In this document: piece after piece, positions 14,912-28,000 of the stretch | How positions within the stretch are numbered: the stretch's first letter is position 1 | Layout of the letters: every line of letters starts with the position of its first letter | NCBI GenBank assembly: GCA_964016885.1 | Contig: OZ024740.1 | Location: 423,956,001-424,020,000, forward strand | DNA from: Eledone cirrhosa | Lineage: Eukaryota | Reading direction: 5' to 3' | DNA: 64,000 nt | Program-made: the position numbers and the translations under genes | The notes under the pieces: generated by a model | Seen by the model: only the letters and a program-made list of their open reading frames with translations | Databases searched by the model: none | Told to the model about the DNA's origin: nothing

Positions 14912-15005
14912 ATTTTTTCTACTTTTGGCACAAGGCCAGCAATTACCCAGTGCATTACTGGTACTTTATTTTATCGACCCCGTAAGGATGAAAGGCAAAG
15001 TTGGC
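14912..15005 (-). mobile_element. SINE family A fragment (3' part)
   Basis: GGCACAAGGCCAGCAATTACCCAGTGCATTACTGGTACTTTATTTTATCGACCCC...GGATGAAAGGCAAAG block found many times in the window. Confidence 0.8.
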
Positions 15006-15879
15006 TGCATATCAATTTCAAGAATTGTTATCCCTTGGCCTTTTTCTCATAAATGGGTGGCACAAACATGACTTTTTAGCCCAGCCAATGACTTTCTGAT
15101 AAGCCACAGTTAAAGAAAAAAGAAAAGGCCATGTACACGCAACATGTGCGAAAGTCATTTAGATCAAGTGATACCTGTGCTTGAAGCTGCTTTAAGTGAA
15201 GAAAGGCCTAGCACTGGACCAATCCCACTCTATGAACACGGCGACGGGCATCCTAAAAGAAGAACAGGTCAACATCGAGTCACAGGTTTTACATCAGAGT
15301 TTTACTTTTAGAACGATGCCCTAACAAGAACTAGGGATCTCACACTCATGGTGGGCTAGCTGCACACTTGGGCAACATTTATATATAACCATACACACAA
15401 AGTGAAATGCTTGAGAGGAGTGCTTTGCATAATGAGAGTTTCGCTGTCAATCAACCAAGACTACCCTTGCAATTTCAAGAGTGAACACCCTTTAGAAGTT
15501 GTTTGATCATTGAAGCAAGGGAGATAACTCCAAAGCTTTTTAAAACAATGCAGTAGCAGTGGACCTTGTTTTTAAAGCATATTTGGTTTGACTTAAAATG
15601 CTCTAATACAGAGAAAGGAAAGAAATAATGTGTTGATTATGTATATCTACAAAGTGGGGACAAAAAATACCTGAGTGAGTGCTCTGCACTATTTTTATAT
15701 ATATATAGTAAGGGTATAAATTTATGGTACCCATTTACATGTGTTGTATTGAGGCAAATAACATTGTGTCTACTCTGGGACATTTACATAACCTTACCTA
15801 TTGGGTATGCTGAGATGTACCGGTACTAGCAGGGAAACCTTATGTTAGTCCCGTCAACTTCTTATTATATATATACACT

Positions 15880-16337
15880 GCAAAGTGGTCGTCGAGGTGC
15901 CACGGGAAAAAAGCACCCAGCACTCACTGTAAATGAGGTTGGTGTTAGGAAGGGCATCCAGCTGTAGAAATCAAGCCAGAATCAGTTCCCGTCCCACCCT
16001 TGCAAGCAGGGAAAAAGCGGACGTAAAATGAAATGAAAATGAAATAATACAGTGTTGATGCCACAACACTCAGTCCTAAATAAATGAGGTCGTGTAGGTG
16101 TCATGACAAAAAAACACACAGTCCACACTGTAATGTGGCTGTGTAGGCAACACGGGAAAAACCTCCCAGTCCACACTGTACACGTGGTGTTAGGAAGGGC
16201 ATCCAGCCATAGAAAACCCGCCAGACCGTCCTATACGAGCAAGACAACCAATCTTGCCTCACGTGGGACAATTCCCATCTAAACCCATGCTAACGTGGAA
16301 GATAGACGTTAAACGACGACGATGATGATGATGATGA
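15880..16337 (+). mobile_element. Two adjacent RTE 3'-UTR fragments (one with an (ATGAA)n tail, one with an (ATG)n tail)
   Basis: Shared GGTGTTAGGAAGGGCATCCAGC and GGACGT(T)AAA motifs with 14420-14590. Confidence 0.8.
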
Positions 16338-16431
16338 TACACACACACAAATAAGGGTCTTGCTGTCTGAATATGGCAACTGGGTAAAAAACTGCAATCA
16401 AGCATGACAATCCTTGGTGTGTGTGTGTGTT

Positions 16432-17830
16432 TCATCATCATCATCGTTTTTGCAGCCCCTTCTCCATGCTGGCACAGATTGGAGAGATCAATATATATCT
16501 AGTGAGAAACTAATAAGAAGATACTGTGCCCTAAGATGGACCAGCAGACCATGTCTTACTTCTATACATAGAAACCCTTTGTTGCTAACAGAGGTAATAG
16601 ATCCTTGCACCCAACCAATTCTTATTCTAGCTAATATACTTTCAGAGCACCCACCTGCTCTGCAGATTTGACTGCCTGAGGAATAAAAGCTATCAACATT
16701 TTCTAGGGAGCTACTATAGTACTAAATATAACCTATTCTAGGTGTGTTCTTATTGCTCCTGGCCAGTTGCTCTCTACCTTCTTTGTTCACCTGCCTATAA
16801 TTCTACTATATCTCTTGTATGTACAGAGTTAACGATGTGTGCACCATATGGAATTTGCCCACTCCTTTTCCGTATATTGAGCAAGGCCATTTCCACGACA
16901 CTATTAGAATTCTGTCTTCCTTCTTACTTATTAAGGGGATAATTTTACTTCTAGGTTTTTTCTCCAAGTCCAGAATTTTGTCTCCAATTCTTCTCCAAAT
17001 TCTTCTAGAAGGGCAGACATTAACGTATAGAAGTCCCCATGGGCAGCCAGTCTTAAACAACTGGAAGGACCATCAGTGACAGATTGTGGTACTTTGTCAA
17101 AATCCTTCTTCAAATCAATAAAATCTTATTATAGTCGCTTACACTCAGCTAGGAAGGTTTCTTGTAGTTATCACATAAGGAAGAGAGCATCAGAAGTACC
17201 TCTTCTTGGCATTAAGTCGAACAGCATCTCATCTATCTTAATTCTGTCACTAATTAGTTGTACTATAACCCTTTCAGTAAGTTTCATGACCTGACCCATC
17301 AACTTGATGCCAGTGTAGATACCTCTCTCTCTAATGCATCTCTTTGTCTTTGTAGTAGTTGACAATGATAATGTCATGACAGTCATAGAGTATGACACAC
17401 CCTATACTATTTGATTGATTATGCATGTAACTAGTGTGCAATCTACCATGCCAAATACTTTCAGCATCTTAGCAACTATGTGAGATTGTCTAGTTGTCAC
17501 ACATCTACCTTCATACTCTTAATGGTTTTGTCTACCATACCGCTGTCAACTTTGATGGCTGGTCCCTCAGTTAGGTTTACATCGGGTAGGTACTCACTCA
17601 TTCCAGTTTTTCATTCAATAATATCTCAAAATAGTACTTTTGTGCCTCTTTCCTCATAGCATCAGTAATTACAAGTGTCCCACTATCATTTCAAATGCAC
17701 CAGTTTAATATTCTCTAACACACTGTCTCACTGTGTAAAACCTCACGTTACTGATTCCATGTTGTAGAACATGTGCAGACTTCTTATATTCTGCTTGTCT
17801 CATTAAGAATACCTAACCTGTCTCATAGCT
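16432..17830 (-). pseudogene. Degraded RTE LINE (RT remnants)
   Basis: Minus-strand peptides FKTGCPWGLLY, GKWPCSIYGKGVG, YTGIKLMGQVMKLTERVI..DEMLFDLMPRRGTSDALF, with many frameshifts. Confidence 0.85.
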
Positions 17831-18727
17831 GTCTCCCTTTGCTAAGGATACCTAACCTCTTTCAGTTATTTGGCAAAGCACTTTGCTTTCCAACACAATG
17901 TGATGTAAAGCAAACAAATACAAAGGGCATTCAGCCATAAAAACCAAGCCCACAACAGTTCTGTATGGGCTAGACATGGTATCTGATTTGATCTGACTTA
18001 TCTCACAACAGGACAACTCATCTAACCCATGCTAGTGTATAAAAATGGATGTTAAATGATGATGAAACACATAAGTGGGATGATACTAAAAGAGATAAAC
18101 AGGTGTCCACCACTAATCTTAAATAGAGAAAATATACTGCTAGTGTAATTTGGTGGTAGGTAGAGATAAAAAAAGGAAACAATAGTAATAATGATGATGG
18201 TGCTGCTGATGATGGTGGTGATGATGGTAATGGTGATGATGATGTAATGTTGTAAATATAGTTCAGCTCTGACATGTATTCTTTGGCATTTGCTGACGAC
18301 ATATCATTGGATGTTGTAACTTTATTTAAAACTATGTATAAACTTTAACAAAGGCATTCAGTGTGTGTAACCTTTTGAAAAAGGCTAGTGAGTAAAGATG
18401 GGATTTATGTTAATTTGGGTACGTGATGCACTTGGTTTAAAACTATAAAAACTTCCTAAACTTCCTGCTGAGTGAAATGGCAGTGCCATCTAGTCACCAT
18501 ATACAAAGTGCAAACAGCACAAATGTCTCTGCCATATGAATGGCATGGCACTGCTTCCAACCAATGTCCTTTCCTTAAATACTGATTTTGTTGTGTTTAA
18601 TACAGAGATTCTTCCAGTATGTAATCATATAAAAATATATAACAAAGATAACTGTCGCAATGTAAAGCAAATAAATAGTCTTTACATTGTTTTTTCCGGT
18701 TTTGTTTTTATAAAGTTTAGAATAATA

Positions 18728-19045
18728 ATGATTTCTATTATAGGCACAAGGCCAGCAATTTGAAGTGGAGGGGAAGTTGATAACATCGACCCCAGTACAT
18801 TACTAGTACTTTATTTTATTGACTCCGTCAGGATGAAAGACAAAGTTAACATCAGTGGGATTTGAACACAGAGCGTAATGGGCCATAACTCTAAACCACA
18901 AAGTATGTTATCTGACACTCTACCAATACTGTCAATTCACCACCCTAGTATAACATAATTGTTTCTACATTTGGCACAAGGCCAGCAATTATCCCAGTAC
19001 ATTACTGGTACTTTATTTTATAGACTCCGTAAGGAGGAAAGGCAA
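18728..19045 (-). mobile_element. Two SINE family A copies; the second is truncated at the satellite edge
   Basis: Family A block, with a tRNA B-box-like GTTCAAATCC on the minus strand in the first copy. Confidence 0.8.
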
Positions 19046-22000
19046 GCAGATCTAACAACACCTTTCACTCCAATATCAGTGGTCAGCAACTCTAACAACA
19101 ACAACAACACCCTTCACTCCAATATCAGTGGTCAGTAGCTCTAACAACAACACCTTTCACTCCAATATCAGTGGTCAGTCGCTCTAACAACACCTTTCAC
19201 TCCAATATCAGAGGTCAGTAGCTCTAACAACACCTTTCACTCCAATATCAGTGGTCAGTAGCTCTAACAACAAAAACACCTTTCACTCCAATATCAGTAG
19301 CTCTAACAATACCTTTCACTTCAATATCAGTAGTCAGCAGCTCTAACAATACCTTTCACTCCAATATCAGTGGTCAGTAGCACTAACAACACCTTTCACT
19401 CCAATATCAGTGGTCAGCAGCTCTAACAACAACAATACCTTTCACTCCAATATCAGTGGTCAGTAGCTCTAACAACAACAACACCTTTAACTCCAATATC
19501 AGTGGTCAGTAGCTCTAACACCTTTCACTCCAATATCAGTGGTCAGTAGCTCTAACAAAAACACCTTTCACTCCAATATCAGTGGTCAGTAGCTCTAACA
19601 ACAAAAACACCTTTCACTCCAATATCAGTGGTCAGTAGCTCTAACAACAATACCTTTCACTCCAATATCAGTGGTCAGCAGCTCTAACAACAACACCTTT
19701 CACTTCAATATCAGTGGTCAGCAGATCTAACAACAACACCTTTCACTCCAATATCAGTGGTCAGTAGCTCTAACAACAATCCCTTTCACTCCAATATCAG
19801 TGGTCAGTAGCTCTAACAACAATACCTTTCACCCCAATATCAGTGGTCAGTAGCTCTAACAACAATACCTTTCACTCCAATATCAGTGGTCAGCAGATCT
19901 AACAACACCTTTCACTTCAATATCAGTGGTCAGCAGCTCTAACAAAAACACCTTTCACTCCAATATCAGTGGTCAGTAGCTCTAACAACAAAAACACCTT
20001 TCACTCCAATATCAGTGGTCAGTAGCTCTAACAACAATACCTTTCACTCCAATATCAGTGGTCAGCAGCTCTAACAACAACACCTTTCACTTCAATATCA
20101 GTGGTCAGCAGATCTAACAACAACACCTTTCACTCCAATATCAGTGGTCAGTAGCTCTAACAACAATACCTTTCACTCCAATATCAGTGGTCAGTAGCTC
20201 TAACAACAATACCTTTCACCCCAATATCAGTGGTCAGTAGCTCTAACAACAATACCTTTCACTCCAATATCAGTGGTCAGCAGATCTAACAACACCTTTC
20301 ACTTCAATATCAGTGATCAGCAGCTCTAACAAAAACACCTTTCACTCCAATATCAGTGGTCAGTAGCTCTAACAACAAAAACACCTTTCACTCCAATATC
20401 AGTGGTCAGTAGCTCTAACAACAATACCTTTCACTCCAATATCAGTGGTCAGCAGCTCTAACAACAACACCTTTCACTTCAATATCAGTGGTCAGCAGAT
20501 CTAACAACAACACCTTTCACTCCAATATCAGTGGTCAGTAGCTCTAACAACAATACCTTTCACTCCAATATCAGTGGTCAGTAGCTCTAACAACAATACC
20601 TTTCACCCCAATATCAGTGGTCAGTAGCTCTAACAACAATACCTTTCACTCCAATATCAGTGGTCAGTAGCTCTAACAACAATACCTTTCACCCCAATAT
20701 CAGTGGTCAGTAGCTCTAACAACAATACCTTTCACTCCAATATCAGTGGTCAGCAGATCTAACACCTTTCACTCCAATATCAGTGGTCAGTAGCTCTAAC
20801 AACAAAAACACCTTTCACTCCAATATCAGTGGTCAGTAGCTCTAACAACAACAACAGCTTTAACTCCAATATCAGTGGTCAGTAGCTCTAAAAACAACTC
20901 CTTTCACTCCAATATCAGTGGTCAGTAGCTCTAACAACAACAACAGCTTTAACTCCAATATCAGTGGTCAGTAGCTCTAAAAACAACTCCTTTCACTCCA
21001 ATATCAGTGGTCAGTAGCTCTAACAACAACAACAGCTTTAACTCCAATATCAGTGGTCAGTAGCTCTAAAAACAACTCCTTTCACTCCAATATCAGTGGT
21101 CAGTAGCTCTAACAACAACAACAACACCTTTCACTTCAATATCAGTGGTCAGCAGATCTAACAACAACACCTTTCACTCCAATATCAGTGGTCAGTAGCT
21201 ATAACAACAATACCTTTCACTCCAATATCAGTGGTCAGTAGCTCTAACAACACCTTTCACTCCAATATCAGTGGTCAGCAGCTCTAACAACACCTTTCAC
21301 TCCAATATCAGTGGTCAGTAGCTGTAACGACAACAATACCCTTCACTCCAATATCAGTGGTCAGTAGCTCTAACAACAAAAACACCTTTCAGTCCAATAT
21401 CAGTGGTCAGTAGCTCTAACAACAATACCTTTCACTCCAATATAAGTGGTCAGTAGCTCTAACAACACCTTTAACTCCAATATCAGTGGTCAGTAGCACT
21501 AACAACACCTTTCACTCCAATATCAGTGGTCAGTAGCTCTAGCAACACCTTTCACTCCAATATCAGTTGTCAGTAGCTCTAACAACAACACCTTTCACTC
21601 CAATATCAGTGGTCAGCAGCTCTAACAACAACAACACCTTTCACTCCAATATCAGTGGTCAGCAGCTCTAACAACAATATCCTACACTCCAATATCAGTG
21701 GTCAGTAGCTCTAACAACAACACCTTTCACTCCAATATCAGTGGTCAGTAGCTCTAACAACAACACCTTTCACTCCAATATCAGTGGTCAGCAGCTCTAA
21801 CAACAACAACACCTTTCACTCCAATATCAGTGGTCAGCAGCTCTAACAACAACACCTTTCACTTCAATATCAGTGGTCAGTAGCTCTAACACCTTTCACT
21901 CCAATATCAGTGGTCAGCAGCTCTAACAACACCTTTCACTCCAATATCAGTGGTCAGTAGCTGTAACGACAACAATACCCTTCACTCCAATATCAGTGGT

Positions 22001-25000
22001 CAGTAGCTCTAACAACAAAAACACCTTTCACTCCAATATCAGTGGTCAGTAGCTCTAACAACACCTTTAACTCCAATATCAGTGGTCAGTAGCACTAACA
22101 CCTTTCACTCCAATATCAGTGGTCAGTAGCTGTAACGACAACAATACCCTTCACTCCAATATCAGTGGTCAGTAGCTCTAACAACAAAAACACCTTTCAC
22201 TCCAATATCAGTGGTCAGTAGCTCTAACAACAATACCTTTCACTCCAATATCAGTGGTCAGTAGCACTAACAACACCTTTCACTCCAATATCAGTGGTCA
22301 GTAGCTCTAACAACACCCTTCATTCCAATATCAGTGGTCAGCAGCTCTAACAACAACACCTTTCACTCCAATATCAGTTGTCAGTAGCTCTAACAACACC
22401 CTTCATTCCAATATCAGTGGTCAGCAGCTCTAACAACAATATCCTTCACTCCAATATCAGTGGTCAGTAGCTCTAACAACAACACCTTTCACTCCAATAT
22501 CAGTGGTCAGCAGCTCTAACAACAACAACACCTTTCACTCCAATATCAGTGGTCAGCAGCTCTAACAACAACACCTTTCACTCAAATATCAGTGGTCAGT
22601 AGCTCTAACAACACCCTTCACTCCAATATCAGTGGTCAGTAGCTCTAACAACAACACCTTTCACTTCAATATCAGTGGTCAGTAGATCTAACAACAACAA
22701 CACCTTTCACTCCAATATCAGTGGTCAGCAGCTCTAACAACACCTTTCACTCCAATATCAGTGGTCAGTAGCTCTAACAACAATACCTTTCACTCCAATA
22801 TCAGTGGTCAGTAGCTCTAACAATACCTTTCACTCCAATTCTCAGTGGTCAGCAGCTCTAACAACACCCTTCATTCCAATATCAGTGGTCAGCAGCTCTA
22901 ACAACAATATCCTTCACTCCAATATCAGTGGTCAGTAGCTCTAACAACACCTTTCACTCCAATATCAGTGGTCAGCAGCTCTAACAACACCTTTCACTCC
23001 AATATCAGTGGTCAGTAGCTCTAACAACAATACCTTTCACTCCAATATCAGTGGTCAGTAGCTCTAACAATACCTTTCACTCCAATTCTCAGTGGTCAGT
23101 AGCTCTAACAACACCCTTCATTCCAATATCAGTGGTCAGCAGCTCTAACAACAATATCCTTCACTCCAATATCAGTGGTCAGTAGCTCTAACAACAACAC
23201 CTTTCACTTCAATATCAGTGGTCAGCAGCTCTAACAACAATACCTTTCACTCCAATATCAGTGGTCAGTAGCTCTAACAACAATACCTTTCACTCCAATA
23301 TCAGTGGTCAGTAGCTCTAACAACAATACCTTTCACTTCAATATCAGTGGTCAGTAGCTCTAACAACAATACCTTTCACTCCAATATCAGTGGTCAGTAG
23401 CTCTAACAACACCTTTCACTCCAATATCAGTGGTCAGTAGCTCTAACAACAACACCTTTCACTTCAATATCAGTGGTCAGTAGCTCTAACAACAACACCT
23501 TTCACTCCAATATCAGTGGTCAGTAGCTCTAACAATAATACCTTTCACTCCAATATCAGTGGTCAGCAGCTCTAACAACAATACTTTTCACTCCAATATC
23601 AGTGGTCAGTAGCACTAACAACAACACCTTTCACCCCAATATCAGTGGTCAGCAGCTTTAACAACAATACATTTCACTCCAATATCAGTGGTCAGCAGCT
23701 TTAACAACAACAACACCTTTCACTCCAATATCAGTGGTCAGCAGCTCTAACAACAATACCTTTCACTCCAATATCAGTGGTCAGTAGCTCTAACAACACC
23801 TTTCACTCCAATATCAGTGGTCAGTAGCTCTAACAACAACACCTTTCACTTCAATATCAGTGGTCAGTAGCTCTAACAACAACACCTTTCACTCCAATAT
23901 CAGTGGTCAGCAGCTCTAACAACAACACCTTTCACTTCAATATCAGTGGTCAGCAGCTCTAACAACAATACCTTTCACTCCAATATCAGTGGTCAGTAGC
24001 TCTAACAACAATACCTTTCACTCCAATATCAGTGGTCAGTAGCTCTAACAACAATACCTTTCACTTCAATATCAGTGGTCAGCAGCTCTAACAAAAACAA
24101 CTTTCACTCCAATATCAGTGGTCAGTAGCTCTAACAACAACACCTTTAACTCCAATATCAGTGGTCAGTAGCACTAACACCTTTCACTCCAATATCAGTG
24201 GTCAGTAGCTCTAGCAACAACACCTTTCACTCCAATATCAGTGGTCAGTAGCTCTAACAACACCCTTCATTCCAATATCATTGGTCAGCAGCTCTAACAA
24301 CAATATCCTTCACTCCAATATCAGTGGTCAGTAGCTCTAACAACAACACCTTTCACTCCAATATCAGTGGTCAGTAGCTCTAACGACAACAATACCTTTC
24401 ACTCCAATATCAGTGGTCAGTAGTTCTAACAACACCTATCACTCCAATATCAGTGGTCAGTAGCTCTAACAACAACACCTATCACTCCAATATCAGTGGT
24501 CAGCAGCTCTAACAACACCTTTCACTCCAATATCAGTGGTCAGTAGCTCTAACAACAACACCTTTCACTCCAATATTAGTGGTCAGTAGCTCTAACACCT
24601 TTCACTCCAATATATGTGGTCAGTAGCTCTAACAACAACACCTTTCACTCCAATATCAGTGGTCAGCAGCTCTAACAACAATACCTTTCACTCCAATATC
24701 AGTGGTCAGTAGCTCTAACAAAAACATCTTTCACTCCAATATCAGTGGTCAGTAGCTCTAAAAACAAATACACCTTTCACTCCAATATCAGTGGTCAGCA
24801 GCTCTAACAACAACACCTTTCACTCCAATATCAGTGGTCAATAGCTCTAACAACAATACCTATCACTCCAATATCAGTGGTCAGTAGCTCTAACAACAAC
24901 AACACCTTTCACTCCAATATCAGTGGTCAATAGCTCTAACAATACCTTTCACTCCAATATCAGTGGTCAGTAGCTCTAACACATATCACTCCAATACCAT

Positions 25001-28000
25001 TGGTCAGCAGCTCTAACAATACCCTTCATTTGAATATCAGTGGTCAGTAGCTCTAACACCTTTCACTCCAATATCAGTGGTCAGCAGCTCTAACAACAAC
25101 ACCTTTCACTCCAATATCAGTGGTCAGTAGCTGGAACAACAACACCTTTCACTCCAATATCAGTGGTCAGCCGCTCTAACAACACCTTTCACTCCAATAT
25201 CAGTGGTCAGTAGCTCTAACAATACCCTTCATTCGAATATCAGTGGTCAGTAGCTCTAACACCTTTCACTCCAATATCAGTGGTCAGCCACTCTAACACC
25301 TTTCACTCCAATATCATTGGTCAGTAGCTCTAACAACTTACACTCCAATATCAGTGGTCAGCAGCTCTAACAACAATATCCTTCACTCCAATATCAGTGG
25401 TCAGTAGCTCTAACAACACCTTTCACCCCAATATCAGTGGTCAGCAGCTCTAACAACAACAATACCTTTCAATCCAATATCAGTGGTCAGCAGCTCTAAT
25501 AACACCTATCACTGCAATATCAGTGGTCAGCAGCTCTAACAATAACACCTTTCACTCAAATATCAGTGGTCAATAGCTCTAACAACAATACCTTTCACTC
25601 CAATATCAGTGGTCAGCAGCTCTAACAACAACACCTTTCACTCCCATATCAGTGGTCAATAGCTCTAACAACACCTTTCACTCCAATATCAGTGGTCAAT
25701 AGCTCTAACAACAACACCTTTCACTCCAATATCAGTGGTCAGTAGCTCTAACAATAATACCTTTCACTCCAATATCAGTGGTCAGCAGCTCTAACAACAA
25801 TACTTTTCACTCCAATATCAGTGGTCAGTAGCACTAACAACAACACCTTTCACCCCAATATCAGTGGTCAGCAGCTTTAACAACAATACATTTCACTCCA
25901 ATATCAGTGGTCAGCAGCTTTAACAACAACAACACCTTTCACTCCAATATCAGTGGTCAGCAGCTTTAACAACAACAATACCTTTCACTCCAATATCAGT
26001 GGTCAGCAGCTTTAACAACAATACATTTCACTCCAATATCAGTGGTCAGTAGCTCTAACAACAACACCTATCACTCGAATATCAGTGGTCAGCAGCTCTA
26101 ACAACACCTTTCACTCGAATATCAGTGGTCAGTAGCTCTAACAACACCTTTCACTCCAATATCAGTGGTCAGCAGCTCTAACACCTTTCACTCAAATATC
26201 AGTGGTCAGTAGCTCTAACAACAACACCTTTCACTCCAATATCAGTGGTCAGCAGCTCTAACAACACCTTTCACTCGAATATCAGTGGTCAGTAGCTCTA
26301 ACAACACCTTTCACTCCAATATCAGTGGTCAGCAGCTCTAACACCTTTCACTCAAATATCAGTGGTCAGTAGCTATAACACCTTTCACTCCAATATCAGT
26401 GGTCAGCAGCTCTAACAATACCTTTCACTCCAATATCACTGGTTAGTAGATCTAACAACACCTTTCACTCCAATATCAGTGGTCAGTAGCTCTAACAACA
26501 CCTTTCACTCAAATATCAGTGGTCAGTAGCTCTAACAACACCTTTCACTCCAATATCAGTGGTCAGCAGCTCTAACAATACCTTTCACTCCAATATCACT
26601 GGTTAGTAGATCTAACAACACCTATCACTGCAATATCAGTGGTCAGCAGCTCTAACACCTTTCACTCCGATATCAGTGGTCAATAGCTCTAACAACAATA
26701 CCTTTCACTCCAATATCAGTGGTCATCAGCTCTGACAACACCTTTCACTCCAATATCAGTGGTCAGCAGCTCTAACAACACCTTTCACTCCAATATCAGT
26801 GGTCAGAAGCTCTAACTACAATACCTTTCACTCCAATATTAGTGGTCAGCAGCTCTAACACCTTTCACTCCAATATCAGTGGTCAGCAGCTCTAACAACA
26901 ACACCTTTCACTCCCATATCAGTGGTCAATAGCTCTAACAACACCTTTCACTCCAATATCAGTGGTCAATAGCTCTAACAACAACACCTTTCACTCCAAT
27001 ATCAGTGGTCAGTAGCTCTAACAATAATACCTTTCACTCCAATATCAGTGGTCAGCAGCTCTAACAACAATACTTTTCACTCCAATATCAGTGGTCAGTA
27101 GCACTAACAACAACACCTTTCACCCCAATATCAGTGGTCAGCAGCTTTAACAACAATACATTTCACTCCAATATCAGTGGTCAGCAGCTTTAACAACAAC
27201 AACACCTTTCACTCCAATATCAGTGGTCAGCAGCTTTAACAACAACAATACCTTTCACTCCAATATCAGTGGTCAGCAGCTTTAACAACAATACATTTCA
27301 CTCCAATATCAGTGGTCAGTAGCTCTAACAACAACACCTATCACTCGAATATCAGTGGTCAGCAGCTCTAACAACACCTTTCACTCGAATATCAGTGGTC
27401 AGTAGCTCTAACAACACCTTTCACTCCAATATCAGTGGTCAGCAGCTCTAACACCTTTCACTCAAATATCAGTGGTCAGTAGCTCTAACAACAACACCTT
27501 TCACTCCAATATCAGTGGTCAGCAGCTCTAACAACACCTTTCACTCGAATATCAGTGGTCAGTAGCTCTAACAACACCTTTCACTCCAATATCAGTGGTC
27601 AGCAGCTCTAACACCTTTCACTCAAATATCAGTGGTCAGTAGCTATAACACCTTTCACTCCAATATCAGTGGTCAGCAGCTCTAACAATACCTTTCACTC
27701 CAATATCACTGGTTAGTAGATCTAACAACACCTTTCACTCCAATATCAGTGGTCAGTAGCTCTAACAACACCTTTCACTCAAATATCAGTGGTCAGTAGC
27801 TCTAACAACACCTTTCACTCCAATATCAGTGGTCAGCAGCTCTAACAATACCTTTCACTCCAATATCACTGGTTAGTAGATCTAACAACACCTATCACTG
27901 CAATATCAGTGGTCAGCAGCTCTAACACCTTTCACTCCGATATCAGTGGTCAATAGCTCTAACAACAATACCTTTCACTCCAATATCAGTGGTCATCAGC

